Origin: Azolla caroliniana
Taxonomy: Eukaryota > Plantae > Polypodiophyta
Direction: 5' to 3'
Length of the DNA stretch: 64,000 nucleotides
Assembly (NCBI GenBank): GCA_043228905.1
Contig: JBHGNT010000004.1
Span: 10,416,001-10,480,000, forward strand
The stretch's first letter is position 1, and every line of letters starts with the position of its first letter. Below the pieces are notes generated by a model that saw nothing but the letters and a program-made list of their open reading frames with translations, did no database searches and was not told where the DNA came from. The translations under genes and the position numbers were made by a program. Positions 48,261 through 57,662 of this stretch are shown one piece after another.

Positions 48261-48532
48261 TGTCAGGAACTACATGCTCCCGATGAACAACGTTCGGCCA
48301 CAACCAAGCTTAGACTCAAACACAGAAAAATGGGAATGAATGCATGACACAATGGAGAGAAGAGTACACAGGATGTTTACGTGGAAAACCCAAACATGGG
48401 AAAAACCACGGTAGTCCACTGACTGCTAACTATCACTATGTAACAAAATACAATAGATGAACACAGAGGCAACAACCTCTTGTTCACTGTCTTCGCCACA
48501 GGCGGTGGTTACAACAGAGATACGAACTCTTC

Positions 48533-48567
<35 letters not shown>

Positions 48568-51500
48568 CACTGTTGCGCTCTAATCTTGCGCCAACAAGAA
48601 TGACAACAACCACTTCCTCTAAGTTTGCCCTAAGTCATATTTATACTAATATGAATTTTTGGCTATTTACAAATATAGCCCCGATGGACTGTCAGAAAAC
48701 ATATTTACGAATATGTCCTTTCATCCGGTGAGCACTTCTCACCGGGCCTTCACCATCCAGCTCTTGCCGGGTACTTGTCATCCGGTTCTCACCAGGTCCT
48801 CCGTAGCCGGGTACTTGTCATCCAGTTCTCACCGGGTCCTCCGTAGCCGGGTACTCGTCATCTGGTTCTCACCGGGTATTCCGTAGCCGGGTACTCGTCA
48901 TCCGGTTCTCACTGGGTCCTCCATAGTCGGGTACTCGTCATCTGGTTCTCACCGGGTCCTCCGTAGCCGGGTACTCGTCATCCGGTTTCGGCCGAGGCCG
49001 AGTTTGCTCATCAGTACTGTTCTTCTCACTTCCCATCCAGAGGGAACTATTTCCTAACAAACTCCCCCTTCACTCCGGCATGGGATGTCTTACTAGTCCG
49101 ATCCGCTTCCGGCATGCATCTAGCTTGTCAAGTATCAGTACTTTGGTCAACATATCTGACCCGTTCTCGGCCGTGTGGATCTTCGTCAGCGTGAACTCCT
49201 GGTCATCTACTCTTTCCCGGATCCAGTGATACCTTCGCTGGATATGCTTCGTCCGGGAATGGTAGGCTGCATTCTTAGCAAGGTGGATGGCACTTTGACT
49301 GTCGCAATAGAGACGATATTCATCTTGCCGGATACTGAGCTCTCCGATGAAGTCCTTCATCCATAATATTTCCTTCCTGGCTTCCACATCTGCCATGTAC
49401 TCCGCCTCCGTGGTTGACAACACAACCGTCTTCTGCAGCCTCGACTGCCACGAAACAGCTCCCCCTGCATATGTCATTACATACCCGGATGTAGACCGGC
49501 TGGTATCCACATTAGCCGACATGTCCGAATCGGTAAAACCGTCAAGTTGAGGTTTTCAAGAGCCGAATCGGAGACACATATTTGAAGTGCCCTTCAAGTA
49601 CCGGAGTATCCATTTGACCGTGTTCCAGTGCTCCTTGTTGGGATTGCTCATAAACCGGCTCACCACTCCGACTGCGTATCCTATATCCGGTTGGGTACAC
49701 ACCATTGCGAACATTAAGCTCCCGACGGCAGAGGCATATGGAACCTTAATCATATCAACCTTCTCTGCTTTCGTCTTCGGGCTTTGCTTATCGGATAATC
49801 TGCAGTTTGCCGGGAGTGTCGATCCAACCGGTTTCGCTTCTAACATGTTGAACCGCTGAAGCACCTTTGTCACGTATTTCTCCTGTGACAGCCACAGTTG
49901 CTTCGTTGGCCAGTTCCGGATGATATGCATCCCCAACATCTGTCTTGCCGGACCCAAGTCTTTCATCGCGAAAGTTCGGTTGAGAGCCTTCTTTAGCATC
50001 CGTATTTTGGCTTGGTTCCGTCTGACGATCAACATGTCGTCCACGTACAAAAGGAGTATCAGGAAGTCGCCTCCTTCGAACTTCTTCACAAACATGCAGT
50101 GATCGGCCTGCGTCTTGTGGTACCCTTGATCGGCCATGAAGGAGTCGAACTTCCGGTACCATTGTCGAGGAGCCTGCTTCAGTCCGTACAGGCTCTTCTT
50201 CAACCGACAAACTAGGTGCTCTTTCCCTTTCTCCACGAATCCTTCCAGTTGCTGCATGTAGATCTCCTCTTCGAGGTCACCGTGAAGGAATGCCGTGTTC
50301 ACGTCCAACTGCTCTACCTCGAGGTTCATGCTTGTCGCTATACTCATCACCGTCCGGATGGAGGTCATCTTTACTACCGGGGCAAATATCTCGTCGAAGT
50401 CCACATCCTTCTTCTGCTGGAACCCCTTCACCACGATCGTAGCTTTGTATCTCGGGGGGTTGCCGGCATCTCCCGGTTTCAACTTGTACACCCACTTGTT
50501 TCAGAGTGCCCGCTTTCCTTTCGGCAACTCCACCAATTCGTACGTATGGTTGTCATGCAGGGAATCCATCTCATCCTGCATTGCACTTAACCATTTGCGG
50601 TTGTGGGTGTCATCCTTCGCTTCATCAAAGCTTTCTGGCTCCCCCTCATCGGTTAGCAGCACATGCTCTGCATCCGGAAATCTCCGGGGGGCCCTTCTCT
50701 CTCTGAGAGGATATCTCCGTCTTTGGGCTTCAATAACCGTCTCCTCCATTTGCTCTTCATCCGAATCCGATTCGGGGTCTTGGCCGGTTTCGGTTTCAGC
50801 TTCCTCTACTTCTTCTTCTGCCGGTTCGGTATCCTCATCGTTACCGGCTGGTTCCTCGAGTGCTAACCGGTCTCTTGCTGGTTGGGTTTGCTCATCGTAG
50901 AATCGATCCTTACCGGTCGACTCAGAGTTCATTATCTGTTTCTCTGACTCCCAATCGGCGAGCGTCTTGTCCTCCATGAAGATAATATCTCGACTCCGGA
51001 ATACCTTCTTGTTGACCAGGTCCCACACTCGGTAGCCGAACTCATCGTCGCCGTAACCGAGGAATATGCATGGCCGGGTCTTCAGATCTAGTTTTCCTCT
51101 CCGGTCCTTAGCTACATGCACATACACAAGACACCTGAATACCTTCGGATGCCGGTAGGACACTTCCTTACCGGTCTAGACTCTCTGTGGTGTGTCTTCG
51201 TCCAAGGGTACTGAGGGTGATCTGTTTATCACATATGTCGCCACTGACAGTGCCTCCACCCAAAACATCTTGGGTAGTTTTGCATGCGCTAGCATACTCT
51301 GGACCCTCTCCGTTATGGTCCGGTTCATCCTCTCGGCCAACCCGTTTAGTTCCGGCGTCTTCGGCACGGTAAATTCGAGCCAGATTCCCTTCGAGCGACA
51401 ATACTCCTCGAACTGCCCCCGGTATTCACCTCCGTTATCTGCTCGAACCGCCTTCAGCTTCCGACCGGTTTCTCTTTCCACTCTCGCGTTGAGCTCTTTG

Positions 51501-51594
51501 AAGACGGATAACACCTGAGCCTTCGTCTTCAACGGTGTGACCCACAACTTCCGGCTGTGGTCATCTATGAACGTCACGAAGTACTGTGATCCGG
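48261..51594 (-). mobile_element. 3' half of a decayed copia closely related to element D (INT core-RT-RH, PPT, 3' LTR 48261-49059 with a 40-bp U3 array)
   Basis: Protein fragments colinear with the D polyprotein but with stops and frameshifts. PPT at 49060-49069 rc. Interrupted in integrase at 51594. Confidence 0.92.
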
Positions 51595-53236
51595 TGTCGC
51601 GTTGTTACGCGTGTGTGTGTAGAAAGAGGCGGGACCACGGGGGTCTCGGACCAAGGAGAGAGAGAGAGAGAGAGAGATGCAAGTACACAGAGAGAGATTA
51701 AGAGCAAGGAAAACAGGAACCTGATTACTATAGTCAATAGCTTACAACCGACAACCCGGTAATGGACCCGACATGGGGTCCTACTCACGCACACCGACGA
51801 CAGCCGCACGACTCGAAGAAACAAAAGGGGAAAGGGGAAGGAGAGAGACTCTTCTGGAAGCACACAGGCTGTCCACGAAGCAGAGGCAACGAACTCCCGA
51901 CACCCGCAGAGAACGACGATTTGAGGAGAGAGAGAGCCCGACACTCGGTTTTGCAGGAGCACTTCGTCCTCGCCAACACGCGATCTTTTCTCTCCCCTCT
52001 CTCCTCTCGTTAAATAGTTCCCAAAAGGGGGTGCCCTTTCTCCCTAGTCAAATCACTTTATTCCCTATCCCTTATGACAGAGATATGCACAATCCCCTAA
52101 TAAATGTGTACTACTTAGTATTTACATCAGCCGATCCATTTATGAATCATGTACAAAATATCAAAATATCAATTCATGCGCCCATCCGTGTAAGAGCCGG
52201 TTCCTGCGCCTTTTTCTCCGATTCCGCATATGCCCAGTTTTCTTCACGACATTCACCCCCACCAAACCGTGCATCCACCGGCATGTGCCAGAGACGGGTA
52301 GATACCGAAGAAAACCGGCTTCACTCGTCGTTCTCCGATTCTCAGTCGGGCCCAAACTGATAGTCATTGTCGCTCCCGCTTGCAGGCTCCGGCTTGTCTT
52401 CGAACCGCTTCTTGAACGCTTTGATCCGCTTCCCGGCCACCGGCACCGCTAACTGTGTCCCGTCAAGTTCCGCGAGGTGGTACGTGCCGTTGTCGTTCGC
52501 GCTCGTCACCGTGTAGGGCCCGAACCATCTCCTAGCGAACTTTCGCACCGCCTTGTGCTGATTGTCGAGGATGCTGTCGTATACCAAGACCCAGTCGCCT
52601 TCCTCGATCTTCTTGGGTCGCAACCAGTGCGTCCGGTTGAACCGGGTCATGTTCCGCTCCCTTGCCACTCACAGTTTTTTCTTCGCCCGTTTCACGTCCT
52701 CCATCCTCCGCTCGAGTTGCCGAATCCGCGCCGCCAACAACTCCTCTCATCTCATTTCGTCCTTCCAATCTACCGCCGCCCATGAAGAAACCGTCCGTTC
52801 CACCGGCATGATCGGCTTTTGTCCGTGCATCAGCTTTGCCGGCGTAAACCTTGTCACCGAACTGTGCGTAGTTCGGTCCGCCCATAGTGCGTAAGGAAGG
52901 AGCTGCAGCCAATTCCCGACCTGCCCTCTGCATGCACGCACCAATGCCTTTACGATCGGCCCGTGCCCATGTTCTACCTTTCCGTTCACCTCCGGATTGT
53001 ACACCTTAGTGAGGGAGAGTTTGACGCCTAGCCGGTCGAACAACTGCTCAACTTCCCGCGCATCCAGCTATCCCCGGTCTGCCACGATCCTCCCGACGCA
53101 CCCGTATCGACACACTACCTCTTCGATCAGGAACCGGCATACCGCTGCGGTTGTCTTGTTCTGCAGTGCACAGCCTTCCACCTGGTTCGTTAAGTCTTCT
53201 CGCGCAAGCACCAGGTATCACATCTGTCCTACTCCC
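51595..53236 (-). mobile_element. Element G: 3' end of a B-family gypsy (integrase C-part, PPT, 3' LTR 51595-52251)
   Basis: GKVEHGHGPIVKALV and GDWVLVYD..RWFGPY match element B. GGTTTGGTGGGGGTGAA then TGTCGTGAAG on the - strand; LTR ends CGCGACA. Confidence 0.88.
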
Positions 53237-53989
53237 AATTTAAAAATATGTTAAATACGTTTTCTTAATATGTTAAATACTTATAAAATATGTTAAATAC
53301 GTATTTTACGTATAATACGTTAAATACTTCTAGAATTTGAAAATTACTTACCTTTCAAAAAAATATCTATAATATTGTAAAAAACATCTATGTTTACACA
53401 ATTTTGTGATGTACAATATAGTTCTACATCCTAAAATGCATATAAGACATTTGAACATTTCACATCCTAAAATACTTGTAGTAATATGGATGTCGACATT
53501 CCCTTATTCTATAAATCAGTGTAAGTGTGTATCACGATGTTCTACTTTAAATTGTAATTATTTACAATTATGCCTTCATAGATTGAGGAATCGTCTACGA
53601 TTATCACGCTTATGATAAGTTTCTCTTTTCTTCATTTTCTTCTTCTTCTTCTTCTATCTTTTGCGATTATCACACTCAAGACAGGTTTATGTCTTCTTTT
53701 CTCTCTTCTTCTTCTTCTTCTTCATCGTCGTCTCTTCTATTCTTCTTCCTTCCTTCCTTTGGCTTCATTTTCACTAAAATATTTTTTTCTTTTGCTTTTT
53801 GTTAGGGTTTTACTTACATTTTCTTTATAAATACGTATTATACCTATTTTTTTATAAATACGTTAAATACTGTATTGGACAAACGTACATGATGTTTGAC
53901 TGAACAACATTGAGGTATAATACGTACTATACAAATGATGAGGTATTATACGTATTTAAACGTTAAATACGGGTACGTAAACAACCATG
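53237..53989. mobile_element. AT-rich DNA-transposon-end-like segment (hAT-like?) with TAAATACG subterminal repeats
   Basis: Clusters of GTTAAATACG(T) at 53250-53330 and 53830-53975, and an abrupt boundary ...AAACAACCATG. No paired TIR/TSD. Confidence 0.4.
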
Positions 53990-56900
53990 GGCGGCGGCAA
54001 GGCGGGCAACCAAGACGACGGCAAGGAGATCAAGGAAGAGGAGGTGGCAAGCGTAATCGAGGCTTGGGCGATCAGAGACGGGGTAGCCACGGACAACGAC
54101 GTCCGGACGGAGGCAGCTAAGGAGACAACGAGCGGCGGTGCCGCGGCCTTACACACAGTGGCCCTAGAGACTCCGGCGGTCGGCCCGAGTGCCGGCGTGA
54201 GACCTAGAGCGACAGGCAGTGGCGGCGGCAAGGTGGGCAACCGAGATGAGGATGAGGACGAGGAGGTAGCAAGCATAACTGAGGCTTGCGTAACCGGGGA
54301 CGAGATAGCCACGGACCACAGTGTCCGAACGAAAGTGGCTACAAACATGACATCGGGGGGTGATGGTACCGAGACTTTTCCCACACCTATTCTAGAGACT
54401 TCGGCGGTCGGCCCCGAGATCCCACGTGAGACCGGAGAGATGGAAGGTGGCGGCGGCAAAGTGGGCGATCGAAACGACGATGAGGAAGGTTATAGCGGAC
54501 GGAGGAGAGACCCCTTGACACCGAGACTGGAGACTACGGCGGTTGTGCTCGAATGCCAACATAAGACCGGAGAGGAGGGCGGTGGCCCTGAGGAGGCGTG
54601 GCCCGGAGTGAACACGTACGAAGATGAGGATGCGAGGTCCGGAATGGGCACATGCAAGAGGATCGACGGAGAGGTTGGGAGCGACGAAGAGGAGAGAGTC
54701 GGGAACCGGCCCGACTGGAAGATGAATTGGTCGATAATCCGACACGACCAGAAGACGACGCGGAAGAAGATTGGAGCGGGGTCCGGTCAACCGGGCCCGA
54801 ACCGAAGAAGAGCCGGCAAGGCCGGATTTGTTCGGACAAACATGTACCGGCCGGTTACGATTACGGAAGGGAGCCGACCGAACCGGAACATGATCAATCG
54901 GGATCAAACCGGGCAAGGACCAAACCGGCATGATTGGAGATCGGGGCGAACGAGCCACAAACCCGACGGGAGCTGGTAAGAGCGAGAAGGAGGCTAACCG
55001 GGCACGACGAGTACGGATCGGTGAGAGGCTGAGAGCAAGAGGGTCCCTCCACACCTATTCTTGAGACTTTGGCGGTTGCGGATCAACGTAAGACCGAAGA
55101 GACGGCAGGTGGTGGCGAGGAGTCGGAGACTGGAACGGACGAGGCTACTGGAACGGATACCCGTTGCGTGAAGACGGACGAGCACGGCCAAGAAGGCAAG
55201 CCGGAGTCGGAAGGGGCTACGACAACGAAGGGAGAAGAGGCCGACGCAGAGGTCGGGACTATGGCGGGAGAAGCGTGTAACACGAAGTATGCATTACGGC
55301 ATAAAACGGAGCATGCACTACGGCCGGCGAAGGGCCTAGAAGCAAGCATGCACCCGGAAGAGCGGAAACGAGTAACCGGCAATGACAAACCAGTCGAGCC
55401 TTTGAGAGGCAAGCACGCGGCAGGAGATGGAGCGGTGAGTTGCCAGGATCGGCGGATGGGAGACGAGAGCAAAGGATGGTGCGCGGAGAATAATAGGGTA
55501 CACATCGGGAAGAGAAAACGCGACGGCTTCCCGGAGGGCATGCAAGGCCAAGCGGGCCAAGAGGGCGCTAGTCGAGGGACACCGACATGGAGGACAGGAT
55601 GACGGTACGCTCTACGGCGAGAGAGCACGGAGAGCAAGGAAGAATTGAGGTGCGCGTAATGGGGTCACCTAAGGACCAAAGAATGAGCGCATAATCGGGG
55701 GACAACATCGGCGCACGGGAAGAGACTACGGAAGGCAAGCGTGGAGCGGGAAGAGTCGATACACCGAGGTGTTCGGCATGCGGAGACGATATACCCAAAG
55801 GAGCGGCATGCAAAGGGCAGAAACCAGATTGCGATCGGAGAGATCCGGAGCGCATCCGGAGGACATACGAGGCGGACCAAGAGGGTGTACCTCGGGGCGA
55901 AGCGGCAACATCGGAGGTTGACGAGGATACCGAAGACGAGGGCACTGACACAGATGTCTGGGAAGCAACGTACCTTTTCGAAGGGGTACGCACAGCGGAG
56001 CGGAGTGCGAGACGTGCGATGTGGCCGAGGTAGGGCAGAGCGATGAGCACGAGGATGATCGACGACGAAGTTCGGCACATGACAGTGCCGAGTCGAGGAA
56101 GCGGCCGAGGCGAGACAAGCGTTGACGAAGGGCACACGGTGCAATATCTGGCAAACAGTTGGGAAGAACGAGGATTCGGTGCAAGGTCGCGCACGGAAAA
56201 GGAAGGAAGACAAAGAGAGGTTTGTGAAGACCGGGTCTGGCGGACCGGGCGGAGACAGTGGTTCGGCGAACTCCGTTGAGTATGGTGGATCGGATGGAGC
56301 CGACGGTTCGACAGCATACGACGGATATGGCGGACCAGGAGGCTACGGTGGTCCATATGGGATGGATGGGCTTGCTCGAAGTGGAAGACGAAGTCGGGCA
56401 AAGCTGACAAAGACGCTAAGGACTCGATTGATCGCCATGGCCGAAAATCTCACCTCTTTCCCCTTCTTGGCACATACCGGTGGATGTGCGGTTTGGTGGG
56501 GGTGGATGTCGTGAAGATTTTCGTCCATAGGCGGAAACCGGGGTGGAAAGGGCAAGTCGGTGGTTTGCAACATGTGCACATGTGTACTAGAAAATGGTGT
56601 ATAGAAATAAGAGGGGAAATTTTTTCCCACATTGTAAGGTCCCTCCCTCCTTGGGCTATAAAAGGAAGGGAGAGATCACTTATGAGGGGTTGCCTATTTT
56701 GCGTAGGAAAGGTATACCACTTAGTGTAGAGTTCTTACCGTTTTAGGGTTAGGGTTTCATTTAGGGTCTCCTTGTTCATCCCCGGTTAGGGTTTTCTCAT
56801 AGTTTTGGTGCGGTCCATGCGGCCACCATCGTTGTAATCAATCGTTCGTTTTAATATATCTTGTTGTGGATCTTGCTTCCATCTACTTTGGTCTATGATT

Positions 56901-57032
56901 ATGTGCTACTCTTCATCTTCTCATCCGGTGTTAAGCTTCCATTTCTCATATCTTATTCTTTCTCCTCTACTCCCTAGTCCAAGACCCCCGTGGTCCCGCC
57001 CCTTCTACATGCACGCGCGAAACTTCGCGACA
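53990..57032 (+). mobile_element. Element H: 3' end of a B/G-related gypsy with ~2.5 kb of non-gag-pol GC-rich internal sequence, PPT and 3' LTR (56507-57032)
   Basis: The same ACCGGTGGATG..GTTTGGTGGGGG tract precedes TGTCGTGAAG. LTR U5 (AGACCCCCGTGGTCCCGCC..CGCGACA) is homologous to that of G. TATAAAA near 56658. Confidence 0.8.
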
Positions 57033-57190
57033 ACGCACCTTCTTGAAGATCAATCAGACAATCATAGAGCCGGTGTTCAGGCAAATGATCAACATTACAT
57101 TTTTCAAATACATCGGAGAAGTGTTGGTATTTTTCGGGAATAACATGGAGTGTGTTAGAAATGGCGCAACAAACAAACCCATCTTGGACC
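57033..57190 (-). pseudogene. Chromovirus-type pol fragment (PR-RT linker) between the LTRs of H and E
   Basis: Reverse strand reads IPEKYQHFSDVFE / DHLPEHRLYDCLIDLQEG with one frameshift. Confidence 0.75.
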
Positions 57191-57610
57191 TGTTATTCTC
57201 TTAGCCGGACAAGGCCTAACACAAGGTGTCACGGAGACACTTCACCAAAGGGTGATTACGGCATAGGATTAAGATTCAACGATTACACCGACTTACGTAG
57301 GTTACACGATTAGATTGCTTTGGTTAATTACACGCGTAAGATATAACAGTGATTACAGAACGGAAATCAAGACAGAAGTATAAACATCAGAAGCTCTATT
57401 AATTATCCGCTGTCATTACAATAGGGTCCGGGCCTTTAAATAGGTTTCCGGCCCGTAGTACAAAACGGTGCCTCCCGCACCTATTCGGGATCCGTCCGGA
57501 TCTGGAACGGCATACCGTTTCCAGTCCGTCCGTCCACACTATGCTCATTTACAACCATATCTAATTAATTCCTTCACTTTGTATTTTGGACTCCTTGCCG
57601 GCCGGTAACA
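57191..57610 (-). repeat. 3' LTR of element E (420 bp)
   Basis: Perfect 5-bp terminal inverted repeats; homologue of 2729-3147. Confidence 0.88.
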
Positions 57611-57612
57611 CA

Positions 57613-57650
57613 TGGCACGCCCGTGGGACAGTACCTTGTACGTCGAACCC
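57613..57650 (+). other. Inverted PBS (TGGCACGCCCGTGGGAC + TCGAACCC) at the PPT position of element E
   Basis: LTR end ..TAACA, CA, then TGGCACGCCCGTGGGAC (57613-57629). This is canonical PBS geometry, but on the strand antisense to pol. Confidence 0.75.
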
Positions 57651-57662
57651 TTCTCGGCCCCT

